DNA from: Chrysomallon squamiferum
Lineage: Eukaryota > Animalia > Mollusca
DNA length: 64,000 bases
NCBI GenBank assembly: GCA_012295275.1
Contig: CM022670.1
Location: 2,542,001 to 2,606,000, forward strand
Direction: 5' to 3'
Shown: piece after piece, positions 1-12,934 of the stretch
How positions within the stretch are numbered: the stretch's first letter is position 1
Layout: every line of letters begins with the position of its first letter
Notes under the pieces: model-generated
What the model saw: only the letters and a program-made list of their open reading frames with translations
Told to the model about the DNA's origin: nothing
Databases searched by the model: none
Translations under genes and position numbers: made by a program

Positions 1-1354
1 TAAGAGATTTTTTTTCTTTTCTTGTTTTGTTATTTTTTGAAACTGTTATTTAGATCCAATGTATTAAACACAAAGAAATGTTGAAACTGACAGTGTAGGC
101 AGCATTATTGTCTGTTTTTTTTCTTCTGATTTTTCTTTTTCTTTTTTAAATTAAGGTTGCTTTTTTATATTATTAGTTAAAATACAGAATTTTGTAGTGG
201 AAGATGCATTTCTTTTTTAAATAAATTATATTTGGGAGTATTAAAGGTGAAAAATGTAACAGGAAAAAAAACAGCTTTAAAAAAAAGTATAAAAGATAAG
301 TTATTCTGTTTAAAGATGTACATAAATATTAAAAAATTATTTTGATTTTTAACAAGAAACATCAAATACAAAAGAAAAAAAATATAATTATAAAATTAAG
401 GAAAACTAAATTTTAAATATTAAACCATAAATATATTATGAATTTTTTTTTATTGCCTTTTTTTTAATTATTATTTTTTGTTGCTGTTGTGGTTGTTGTA
501 TTATCATACTGGCAGCAACAATCTTCATCTAAGATACATATAATAATAATAATAATACTAGAAGTAGCAGAAAGTGTAATAATCATTTTCAACATCATCT
601 TCATCATCATCATCATTCCTCTTCTGGTTGTTGTATAAACCACATACAAAAACTCATATGACAGGCCTATGATAATCCACAGCAAACTAAAACACAGCCA
701 AAAAGAAGACAAAGAAACCGAACCGAAACAAAAACAAACAAAACTATTCAGTCAATTAATTAACAAAGCCTTCAAAAAGTCACGGCAAACATGGATTCAG
801 TGAGTAAATAGACTGGTCCTTGACTGTTTGCTGTTTGCACTGCCTTTCAAGTGCAGTGGAATGGGGTACATGTTACAGGTGTGTTAATTGGAAAATCTCA
901 TTGTGTTTATGCCAGACATATTTGTTGACCCTTCTGGCTGGTAATTAACTGCCATTCACCTGTGATGGTGTTCAATTAAGTCCAGTCAGTTTAATAAACA
1001 ACCCACTGATGGAAAAATCTCTCTGATAAAGACAGCTAAACACCACCAAGCTCTGCAGGTGTGTTTGGGGCGGGGACAGATGTGGAGGACAGACATGGGT
1101 GGGAAAATTACTTCTGGGAGGAAATATTTGATTTAGAATTAAATTGTTTTATACGTTTGGTAAAAGGTCTAATAGAAATGCAGTTTATTTTTATTTTATA
1201 ACCATCATCAAACAGATGGAAAATAAAGTTTGTTGCTATTTTATAGGTAATGTAGTTTATTATTATCTCATAGGTAATATAACATATTGTTATTTTTTTG
1301 ACATAGTTTATAATTGTTTTATGGATAATGTGACAGTACTGACAGCAGATCAAA

Positions 1355-1448
1355 AAGCAGCAAGGGATCTTTTATACAGAGAAAATCTCACACCATAGCT
1401 TTCAGTAAAGCTAGTCAAGTAGGATTACTGTATGGGAAGGAAAATAAT
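1355..1448 (-). mobile_element. Decayed fragment of the same SINE-like family
   Basis: The minus strand reads TATTTTCCTTCCC...AAAGCTATGGTG...TATAAAAGATCCCTTGCTGCT, collinear with the 25.1-kb copy. Confidence 0.4.
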
Positions 1449-2086
1449 CATTTAGGTTCAGGTATCTTTTTATTACCTGTGTAAGTGATTAATACCAGTC
1501 CACAGTTCTCCACCCATCGGTTTGCAATAATAACAATGATGATGATGATGATGATGATGATGATAATAATGAAAATGGAGAGGTTGTGACCACTGTGTAT
1601 TTTTAAGACTTAGGTAAAAATACTTTTTAAATTCGACAACAGAACAGTAGAAAATAAATGATCTGAGGTTTTTTTACCCCTTATTTACAAACATAAAAGT
1701 TTTGAAGAAAAAAAAAAGAAGTAAATAAAAACAAAATTAAAAACAAAATTATTAAAATAAATAAAGAAAACAAATATTTATGAAATATTTCTTAAACAAC
1801 CATTACCGTTAAATCACTAACAACTATTACTACAACCATCACTGACACCACCATCACCACCACTACTACTACTACTACACTGTTACTTCCAATTATTATT
1901 ATTATAACAATAATATTATCACTTCTGTCTTGGTATATGTCAGTATATTTATCACAACAATTTTCTTGCAGGTTTGTAGGTGAAGTCTACTTTTCATAAA
2001 CAGATAACACTGTACCTACATAACAAACACAAAACACCTGCTGTGGGATCTTTCATTCTTTGACACTCATCCCATTAATCATAAGA

Positions 2087-2090
<4 letters not shown>

Positions 2091-2162
<72 letters not shown>
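2091..2162. repeat. (CA)n microsatellite
   Basis: Perfect CA run. Confidence 0.98.
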
Positions 2163-2166
<4 letters not shown>

Positions 2167-2317
2167 AATTCTGTTTAGCCTAACAAGTAGGAAACCCTGT
2201 ACCCACTGACATCTTCCATCTATTTAGTGTACGACAAACAGGTTAAACAGACACAAATAACACCTCACGAATCATTACTGGAATAAAATAAAATAATATA
2301 CGATATGAAAAAAAAAA

Positions 2318-2582
2318 GATTTTTGCTGCAAATACTGAAAAGATTACAGGTTACTAGATGCTGATTTCAATATACTTTTGAAATGTTAATAACTTTTAGA
2401 TGTTAAATAGCTGGGTTTTTAAAACAATTATTGTTTGATAAAAGATATTTGCTGCTGATAATGAAAAGGCTAACAGTTACTGAATGCTGAATATTTGGAA
2501 TGATAATATGATAAAAGACATTTGCTTCTGATACTGAAAGGGTTAAAGGTTACGAGATGACATCTGGTTGGAATGATAATAA
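2318..2582. repeat. Degenerate three-copy tandem repeat
   Basis: GAT(A/T)TTTGCTGCTGATACTGAAA(A/G)GGTTA..GGTTAC...ATG-like blocks at about 2318, 2444 and 2517. Confidence 0.75.
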
Positions 2583-4375
2583 AATAACCCTAGTGCGAGT
2601 GGGAAACTCATATATTTACATGTAGTCTGTAACAGCAGCATTCAGAAAACTAGCCAAGGAACATGGGCAGAATGGGAAAAAAATACTAAAACATTAAACA
2701 CAGCAGATTCATTCCTTACACAACCTTTCTAACTACAGGCCACAACTAATCTGAATAAATTATTGATACATTTGTGTATCTGTGTGTTTGTTTTAAAGTG
2801 TTTGTGTGTACACAACCTTAATTTTAATTCTGCATTTAATTCTGTGTAAACATATAACTTTAAATAATACTCATGTCATTAAATCATGAAAATTTCTTTT
2901 TTTTACTCAAATGTTATATTACTGATCATTAAAAAAAAAAATCCATTTTTCTTTACTGCATGTCATTCCACATTTTTACTTCTGTGCAATATTGAACTGT
3001 ACTTAGTAACTATTTCTGCTATTTAGTAAAACAACAAAAACAAATAAAAGACACTTGTAAGTTCTTGATCTATTTCTTGAAATAATAAAAATAAATAAAA
3101 GGCCATCGAGTAACACCTTGAATAAAACAAAGTTCAGCAAATACATTATTTCATAACATTAGTGCTTGAACCCTTTTTAAAGTAAGTCTGAAAAGTACTT
3201 CTTTACAGGTTGAAGTACTCAGTCTCTGCAAAGACTGCTGTACATTTACTACATATATATTTTATATATATATATATATATACTTACACACACATACACA
3301 CACACACACACCTATCTATATATATACACACACATATCTATTTATTTTTTTTGTTATTTTTTTATTACTATAAATATTTGTTTATTACTACTACTATTAT
3401 TATTTGTTTTGTATTACCATAAATATTAATTTTTTTCAATGTTTATTTTGTTTAAATGGTTAAAAGAATTCATTTATAAAAAGAAAGGCAAATGTTTACA
3501 TTTACTTTGTTAAAAACATTTTTTTCTTCTAAAATTTAGCTGTGTCATGAGAATTTATTAATTAAAAAAAAATGACAGTTTATTGTGTTTACTTTGTGAA
3601 AAAAAAATTCTTTAATTTCATTTTTTAATTTATTTATTTCATTTTAGAGTTTTAATTTTTTGCTATTGTATTTCATGTATTTTCTGTAATTTTGTTATTG
3701 TTTTTTTAAGGATTTTATTTGTTTACTTTGTTAAAAGAATTCCTTTTTTAATTTAAATATTTATTTATTTAATTATTTATTATTATTATATATATATATA
3801 TATCTTAACTGTTTATAGTGTTTATTTATTCTATATAAATTATATTGTGGTTATTTTGTAAAAATATTTTTTTTAAAGTAATTAATTTTTTGTATATTTT
3901 TAACTCATATCTTGTATTAAAAAAAAGTATTTATATCTTTTACTATTTATTATTTTAATATATTTATTTATTCTTATTTATTAAATATATTTCCTGTTTG
4001 ATTAATTTTATTCTATCAAAATTTTGTTATCTTTATTTTTATTCTTCATAACAATTTGATTGGGTAACTTATTTTACAAGAATATAATGAATAAAAGAAA
4101 GAGGAAAAATACACCCAGACCCCAGCAACATTACCATCTGTATACATTTCTTCATAAAAATATAAATATAAAAATATATAAACAACAATCAAAAGACATT
4201 TTCATAAATAAAATAAAATGAAAAGAAATAGAATTTAAAAAAAAAATAAAAAAGTAAAAAAATAAAATAAAATAAATAAATAAAAAAATAATAAAAATGA
4301 AATAGTATAAATTAGAAAAAATAATAAGTTACTAAGTATTTATTTTATTTTATTTTATTTTACTTTTATATATAC

Positions 4376-4420
<45 letters not shown>

Positions 4421-4937
4421 TAAAATAAAAATAAAAATAAAAATAAAATAAAATAAAATAAAATAAAGAAATAAATAAACATAAAAACAACAAACAAACA
4501 ACAAAAGCCCCCACACAAAAACCCATCTCCTGGTTGATTACAGTAAGAAAACTGGAGAACACAGCGCAGAACAAGAAAGTAAGTAATAAGCTGTATCCAG
4601 TGTGTTCAAGGAACTCAGTGGCTTGTGTCAAAGACATGTGCCACTGAAATTCTTAGAACTCTGTCGGTCATTAAGGACTGGCAAGTTCACCAAGGAAACA
4701 AACCTAGAGGAGGGGAGTGGGGAAGGGAGGAGTTTAAAAAAAAAAAAAAAAAAAAGTCTGGAATTTCCGTCAGAGCAGGATGAGAGGATATGTGGGTTGC
4801 TTTGTAACTACAGCATGGATTGGCTTGCTGGTTGTGAGGAAGAGGCTAACCGAAACACAGTCAGCCAACCGTGGCCTGGATAACATGTGTTTGGTTTGTC
4901 CATCTGCAGTTCCTGCTATTGTAACCACACTGTGAAC

Positions 4938-5165
4938 AGCAGACAGGATTTGTGATTTATACAGACAGACAGGATTTGTACTACTGGACAGGATTTGATG
5001 TCTGTACTAGTAGACAGGATTTGATGTCTGTATTAACAGACAGGATCTGATGTTTCTATTAACAGACTGGATTTGATGTTTGTATTAACAGACAGGATCT
5101 GATGTCTGTATTAACAGACTGGATTTGATGTCTATACTAACAGACTGGATTTGATGTTTGTATCA
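4938..5165. repeat. 26-bp minisatellite
   Basis: Unit ACAGACWGGATYTGATGTYTGTATTA (copies at 5036, 5062...), degenerate at the 5' end. Confidence 0.9.
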
Positions 5166-5849
5166 AGAAACAGAAGGGAAGAAACAACCCCAAAAACCCC
5201 CTAAAAAAAACCCCTAAATAAACTTAATAAGTAAGTAAATAATAATTTGTAACCCCCCCAAAAAACAACAAACAAACAAAAAATAACCCAGTAAAAACAC
5301 CCACCCAAACAAACAAACAAACACCGCACACACATACACACATGTATTACACATACACAAAGAAAAAAAGAAAAAAAGAAAAACGGACAAATCAGAAATT
5401 AAAAATAAACCCTAATACAAATATGCTAGATAACTTTATAATACTAATTTTGTTTAATGGTCACCATTTTTGTTTTACGAGTCTCTATGGATTTTACTTG
5501 CTGTAAATCACTGTTGATGTCTAATTATTGATCCAAATTTAATACAGCTAAAAAAGCCCAATAATAATAATAAATAAAGAAAGAAAAAAATGTAGAATTA
5601 AATAAAATTAGACAAATAAAAAAGAGAGTAAAAAACCCACAAAAACCCCATCAAAAGTAGAAATCATAATACATAACACATTACCAACATGAAAGAAACC
5701 ATATAAATGCAATAATAAAAAGCTGTAACTTTGTAAAACACATATTACATAGTAATATAGTAGTAATATTGCCACATGATGCTGTATCACTAATAAATAT
5801 TAGTAACAAACAGTCTATCTATCTATCTACATATATATATATATATATG

Positions 5850-6100
5850 TATCACAGTAACCAAATATGTAACTAAATAACAGTGTATCTGTGTAATCAA
5901 ATAACATATAGCATCACAATACCCTAACTACATTAACAAAATATCACAATAACCAGACGTGTAACATTGTATCACTGTAACCAAATAACATGTAACACTG
6001 TAACACTGTAACCAAATAACATGTGACATTGTATCACTGTAACCAAATAACATGTAACACTGTATTACTGTAACAAATAAGATGTAACACTGTAACCAGA
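5850..6100. repeat. About 31-bp degenerate minisatellite
   Basis: Repeated TGTAACCAAATAACATGTAACACTGTATCAC-like units. Confidence 0.85.
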
Positions 6101-8622
6101 CAGCACAGACAGAGCTAATATCATGTCATCAGACAATGAAATAAAATAACTGGCCCATCAGCCTCTTAAAAAACCAATATCCGAATTAACTACAATGGAA
6201 TAAAAGAACAGGATGGAAAAAAAAAAAAAAAAGAAAGAAAAGAGCTTGTATTAGCCAATCAAACTGTTTTTGTTTTTTTTATCTGTCAAATTTATAGCTT
6301 AGGTCAATGAAAGTAACTCGATGACAGATAATGAAAAACATTAGCGAGGTTGGAATGGGAGAGGAGGAAGCTGCAGTCAATTACAATTAATATAACTGCT
6401 TGTTTCTACTCGCCCGCTGCAAATCTCCTGGGGACGCGAGGATCGAAACAAACGGTGTCGGGGAGATCAAAGCTTTTAGTGTTTATGACAAATAATAGCT
6501 TTTTGAAGAGCACGCCAGTGTTGCAGTTCCAGCCACAATTACCATGTTCATCCTGGCATGCCCTGGCCCAACCAGCTCAAATGAGTGGCTATTAGAAATA
6601 CGAGCTGACATGCAATACTGCTGCACTGGAGAGGAAATCAAACAAGGCTTTGTTACACACACCTTCCAGGGTGTGTTGGGTAATTTTTCTATTTTTTTTT
6701 TTTTTTTTTTTATTATTTATTTTTTTATATATTTTTTTTTTATATCATGTTTGCTTTCATCAGCAAATTGTTCATGCATGCCTGACATGGACCTAACATC
6801 TGACTCGACAAAGACATTCTTGCTTATATAACAGATATTGTATTTTTTTGTGTTTCCGAAGATTTTTATGGTTAGCTTGTGTGTGCATGGTTAGATAAAA
6901 AAAATGGAGTTACATGAGAGATTTAAGAAGTGTTTTTAAAAGAAGCCACATTTAACAAGTGAGCTGTGTGTCTGGGGTCTCTGCCTGGAGCATGACATGT
7001 CACAGGATCAGTGCTTCTCAGGGTATCTTCTGTGTTGTTGCCTGTTCCATACAATGGTTATGGTATGAAATTTCCTACTTATTGAAAGATGATGTAAAAA
7101 AAAAAAAAAAAAGGCTTGGTGTTCCACAGAATGGTGGTAGGTAGACTTCCTGTGAATCATTATTGTTAAGTTTGAAAGATCTGAAACCGACATAAGTGTC
7201 TGGCAAAATGTTATAAAAACTTAAAATAAGGAATCAATAAGACCAATGTTAAATGAGCAAGTTTTATCCATAATTACTTTTTAATTTTTTTTTATAAATT
7301 AAATTTTATTAAAATTCCAAAAATAAGGTGATTAAAGATGTTATTTTAATAATTGAATAGAATTCTAAAATATATCTCATGTTACATTGTAAAATCAGTC
7401 TGTTATTGAAATAACGTTTTGTTTTCCAGTCATATGTTCATATGACAGATTTCCATATATGACAACAAGTAATCAATTATTTATATAAAATATGACATAC
7501 AGAAACACCTGAAATTACATTATTACTGGCAGCTTTGAATGACAATTTTTAAAACTCAACTGTTTTTTTTTTTCTGTTGTCAAATACACATCCAAAGTTT
7601 ACATTATCACTGACATTAAATATGAACTCAGAAAATGAAATAGAAAACCAAATTATATTTCATTTTTTAAAAATAAATAATCATACATTAATAACTACAA
7701 CACACCCACGTCTGTCTTTCCCCTGCCCCACCCTATTTACCTGTCTGCCCCACCTTATTTACCTGTCTGCCCCACCCCTTGCAGTTTGTCAGACTGATCA
7801 GCTAAAACAGTAAATTACCTATCCACTGAACTTCCATAAAAATAATTTCTGAACAAAACCGTGTGACAAGAAATCAAGAAATAAAGGTTCTTTGGAAACC
7901 TATACATAATGTATACAACACACAGAGCAGCTAGTGAAGGTGTGAAACACAAACACCTGAGATCTTCGACAGCGCTGAAGGTTAATGTCAAAATTTGAAT
8001 GAATTATTGTGTTTGCCTCGAGTGGAAGAAAAGGTTTAACAGTTGTTGTTTTTTTGTGACTTAAGTTAGGAGAAAATTGGTTTTTATTTTTTAATTTTTA
8101 AAAAAAAATTGTTGTTGTTTTAAATATAATTTGTTTTTTCACAGGTGTTAACATTAATCAGAAAATTTTTGATTTTTATATCTCTTGTATTTTTATTTGT
8201 GTATACATTTATAAACACACACACACACAGACCTGGCCACCACCCACAGACACACAAACATACATTCACACATGTCCACCATCCATTCAAACACACAAAC
8301 ACGTCACACACGTCACACACCTACACACAACTTGCACTATATCACATATACTTTTTTTGTTTACTGAAATATTAAACTAGAAAATACATAAAGGCAGCAG
8401 TGTATTAGCAGTTTAAACATGACTAGTAAAGTTACACTAAAAGTGAAATATACATAAATGAAATATAATGCATAAAATAAATAAATAAAAAAATAAAAAT
8501 GAAATTCTGGATTATTTAAATAATATGAATAATTATATTTGTGCCATGACTGGAAACTTTTGAATTTTTAAAAAAATTTTGACTCGCAAAATTGGTAGTT
8601 CATTTGAAATAAACAGATAAAA

Positions 8623-8653
<31 letters not shown>

Positions 8654-8825
8654 ATTGTTGATTGTTTAAAAATCTGAATGGTTATTGGTGACATAATTAA
8701 CGATGAAACCAAGTCACATCTTTTTTTCATGCAAGAAAATAAACAAATAAACAAAACAAAACCAACAAACAAACAAACAAACACATAAAATAATATACTG
8801 AAAAAAAAAACCAACAAAAACTCAC

Positions 8826-8954
8826 CATCATCTCTGTCATCATCTGATAACTTGTCATCATCTAGATCATCTTCTTCATCTTCACTCTTCATCAGTGAGG
8901 ATGATTTGTGGAGATCCTTCAAATGTCCATTAACATGAAGATTCAGTGGTTTAT
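8826..8954 (-). CDS. dac: Dachshund homolog, internal exon D (KPLNL motif plus acidic tract)
   Basis: Acceptor gttttatag|, donor G|gtgagt, 129 nt, phase 1 to 1. Encodes (N)KPLNLHVNGHLKDLHKSSSLMKSEDEEDDLDDDKLSDDDRDD. An LNL motif followed by an acidic stretch before DD2 matches my recollection of invertebrate Dac proteins. Confidence 0.85.
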
Positions 8955-9701
8955 CTATAAAACATGACATGTAGGTTTATTTATAAAACATGACATGTAG
9001 GTTTATTTATAAAACATGACATGTAGGTTTATCTATAAAACATGACATGTAGGTTTATTTATAAAACATGACATGTAGGTTTATCTATAAAACATGACAT
9101 GTAGGTTTATCTATAAAACATGACATGTAGGTTTATTTATAAAACATGACATGTAGGTTTATTTATAAAACATGATATGTAGGTTTATTTATAAAATAGA
9201 TTATTTGTAGGTTTATTTATAAAATATGATATGTAGGTTCAGTGGTTTATAAAACATGACATCTAGGTTTTGTGATTTATAAAACATGATTGTATTTATT
9301 TAAAAACATGACATCTAAAATAGGTAGGTTTATTTATAAAATATGATATGTAGGTTCAGTGGTTTATAAAACATGACATCTAGGTTTTGTGATTTATCTA
9401 TAAAACATGACATATAGGTTTAGTGGCTTATCTATAAAACATGACATATAGGTTTAGTGGCTTATCTATAAAACATGACATATAGGTTTAGTGGCTTATC
9501 TATAAAACATGACATATAGGTTCAGTGGTTTATCTATAAAACAATATGTAGGTTCAGAGGCTTATCTATAAAACAATATGTAGGTTTAGTGGCTTATCTA
9601 TAAAAGAATATGTAGGTTTAGTGGCTTATCTATAAAAGATGATATGTAGGTTTAGTGGTTTATCTATAAAAGATGATATGTAGGTTTAGTGGTTTATCTA
9701 T
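8942..9701. repeat. Minisatellite of 26-bp and 32-34-bp units overlapping the exon D acceptor
   Basis: Units GGTTTATYTATAAAACATGACATGTA (26 bp; starts 8948, 8974...) and GGTTTAGTGGCTTATCTATAAAACATGACATATA (34 bp; starts 9417, 9451...). Confidence 0.95.
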
Positions 9702-9797
9702 ACTACTAATACTTGATAATAACTGAAAGTAATAAATTCACTGTAATTTAATGAATGTGACGTTTGTTAACTCAGTTACAAGACAGTGGACACTTAC

Positions 9798-9898
9798 TGC
9801 CTTCAATGTCCAGTTGCCGGGAGTGACCTCTGTCCTGGTCATAAGGTGATGACTGACCCATAGATTTGCCTACACTGTCACACCTATCTTCACGTCCC
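9798..9898 (-). CDS. dac: Dachshund homolog, internal exon C (linker)
   Basis: Acceptor ttattatag|, strong donor A|gtaagt, 101 nt, phase 2 to 1, which is exactly the bridge needed between exon B (ends phase 2) and exon D (starts phase 1). Encodes (R)GREDRCDSVGKSMGQSSPYDQDRGHSRQLDIEG(N). Confidence 0.8.
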
Positions 9899-11614
9899 CT
9901 ATAATAATAACAATACCAATAATAATAACAGTAACAATAATAACAATAATAATAATTATAATAATAGTAAGAAGAAAAACAAGACAAAAACATATAACAA
10001 AAGAAGTAAAATTAAAACTGTATAAACCTAAGAAAACTGCAACTCTGTTGAACAGAAAACACCAATAAATACTGAGATACATACTTTAAAAAGATACAGT
10101 ATGTAATATCATAATTTGTCACATGTATAAAAAATCCTACCTGAAACACATACAAAAACATTGCTGTTATTACAATATTTAATAAAACCCAACAACATTC
10201 AAATTCCAAATAAAGATAAGATATGCAGAAAAGAAAAAAGAAAATAAGAAAAAAAGCTATTTAAGAAACAACAAAAGTAACATTAATAAAAATCATAATA
10301 AAAAAGAGAAAATAGCAAATGAAACAGCAGTAGTCTGTTAGTCTGAATGGATATAATTCCATCTTCTTCTAATGACTTTTCTACAAAAATCAAAAAGAAT
10401 AATAAAGGAATAATTTATCTTTGATAAACATATAAATATAATTACCAGTGTCTTTGTGATAAAAGCAAACTCTCGTAATGCAGAAAGAAAATTATATCTT
10501 TGGCAATAAATGACTTTGAAAGATGACTGTTTGAACACAAATGGACATAATTCTTTTTTTTATAAAAATACACTGCATGAAGACAACATTAAAATTTCAG
10601 ATGAAAACACATTAATAAAAAAGAAAGCAAGAAAAATACCCCACCATTTTTATGACCCATTGAAAAAAAAAAAAAAAAAGAAAAAAAAAGAAGACAAAAA
10701 AAGCAATAACATCATCGGAAAATGTATTAAAAATGTTTTCCTTTTGTTGTTTTCATCGTAAATAATTTGAAATAAAAGAAAAATAACTTCTCCTAACAAG
10801 ACTTCAGAATGCACGCTTATTTCCTTTGCTTTTGTGCAATTATCTTTTGTTCATTTCCAATCTGATTTGTTCATAAAAGAAAAAGAAGAAGAAAACAAAA
10901 AACCATTATTAGGCACGACATAAAATACAGCACGTTGCATCCATTTATGGGAAAACACAACAATATGAAATGCATTCCTCTTATCTTCTTAAGGGAATAT
11001 TCTCTTTTGTGCAATGTACAATTCCATTGTTTCTGCAATCACCAACTCATGTGTATTTTTACAAGGACCATTAGGAATAATGTTTCAAGTTGATCAAAAA
11101 GATATAAAAAAAAAAAAAACTGTTCTGCTATTCAAGAATCAATAAGGAAATTTGCTGGTTACACAAACATTACCTTCTGTGTGTGTTCACAGTCACTATT
11201 GGAAATGAATAAAAGGTTTTTCTTTTCCAAAACGGAAGAGTTGAATGTTTAAAAGGATGATACAGAAATGGAAAAAAACTAAAAGAAAAGAAAAACCCAC
11301 AAAAAAATCCAATATATAATTACAAAATGCTCACAATGACTACATCTAAAAATATAAATGTTTATTTTATTAAAATAGTTTTCGGTAAGTTCAGAAAATT
11401 AAATAATAATTTTTTAATTATCTATGAAGTTAGTGGGGTTTTTATTGTTATTTTGTTTCAAAAATCTAAATGACAGATGAAAATGAATGTTTATTTACTG
11501 ATAAAAATAAATTATTAAATCCAAAATACTGAAATGATTTTTTTCATCTTTAGTGACTTTTTTTTTGACCAAAGAATTATTTAAAAATTGTTGTAAGTTG
11601 TTAGTTACTGAATG

Positions 11615-11850
11615 TTAGTGGTGTTGTTCAGTAACAATTATCAGCAGTGAGTTACTCAATAATTATTAAGATCAATGAGTTACTCATTAATAATTATCAG
11701 CTTTGAGTTTCTGAATTAACAGAAGTGAGTTACTCAGTAATAATTATGATCAACAGTGAGTTATTTAGTAATAATTTGAGCAGTAAGTTACTCTAAAAAT
11801 TATCACCAGTGGGTTACTCAGTAATAATAATCAACAGAAGAATACTCAGC
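11615..11850. repeat. About 28-31-bp degenerate minisatellite
   Basis: Repeated GTGAGTTACTCAGTAATAATTATCAGCA-like units. Confidence 0.8.
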
Positions 11851-12176
11851 TACGTGATATTTAATAACAATCACATTCATTTTCAGCCAACAATGTGAGT
11901 ATTTTAACATCAAGACATGCATGCAAAATTACAGCATTTGTCTAAACATAGAAACCAATTGGCAAAACATTCTCTATAAATATATTTTTTTCTGTTATTA
12001 TTTTTGTTTCAAATGAACAAAGCACACAAATACACTTACATAAACCTTTAGATTACTTTTACATTCTTGTACTCTTCTTGCTTTTTCACATATTTTCTCC
12101 CTTCCTCCTCAATTACATGTATATATATTTCTCTCTCTCTCTCTCTGCAAATATACATTCATCCATTTATTTATCT

Positions 12177-12239
12177 ACACACACACACACACACACACAT
12201 GCACACACATATATGTGCGTGCATATATAAGTGTATGTG

Positions 12240-12314
<75 letters not shown>

Positions 12315-12338
12315 GTATGTATATATATATATATATAT
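12177..12338. repeat. Compound (CA)n/(TA)n/(TG)n microsatellite
   Basis: Directly visible. It explains the overlapping spurious ORFs here. Confidence 0.95.
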
Positions 12339-12826
12339 CCCCCCATTTCTCTCCTTTCATTCATTCTGACTGGAAGCAGAAACACGACACTGTAATCCAA
12401 ACTACTTTTTAACTCTCAGAACTCACTCGCTGACCTCTGAAAGCAAAGTGGCAGAGAAACGGCCAATTTCTCTTATGTTTTAAAACAGCAAAAAAAACCA
12501 ACACAAAATAAAAAAACAAGAAAAAGAAAAACAGAATGCTTTTACAAGAGGAATTTGAAAGTAAATTGACATACACATCAGACATGTAAGTATGTGTGTG
12601 TATGTAACATATCAAGTGATTACACTCGCAGGTCAGTGGGTACGAGATATATCTGCCTACCTTCACCGAATTGGAACTCTTAAAGACTTGCCTGGCCACA
12701 CCAAGAGTGTGAAGAAAATTACTTTTCCACTTTCAAGACAGTTTTTCAACTTAATGGCATATTCAAAACACGTGTGTGGAAGTGTTTGGGAATGTGCTAG
12801 AATTTATTTATATTTGTATGTTTGTT

Positions 12827-12934
12827 TGTATGTATGTATGTATGTATGTATGTATGTATGTATGTATGTATGTATGTATGTATGTATGTATGTATACTGA
12901 GAGAGAGACAGACAGACAGACAGAGAGAGAGAGA
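12827..12934. repeat. (TATG)n followed by (GA/GACA)n microsatellite
   Basis: Directly visible. Confidence 0.95.

Noticed and set aside
8942-9701. Tandem arrays here and at 4.9, 5.9, 11.6 and 61.4 kb as CRISPR-like arrays
   Set aside because: The units are contiguous with no unique spacers, there are no cas genes, and the context is a eukaryotic intron.
12661-12796. Possible minus-strand exon with donor AAG|gtaggc
   Set aside because: From the ctag acceptor all three frames contain a stop. The inner ccag acceptor is weak and ends in phase 0, incompatible with exon C.
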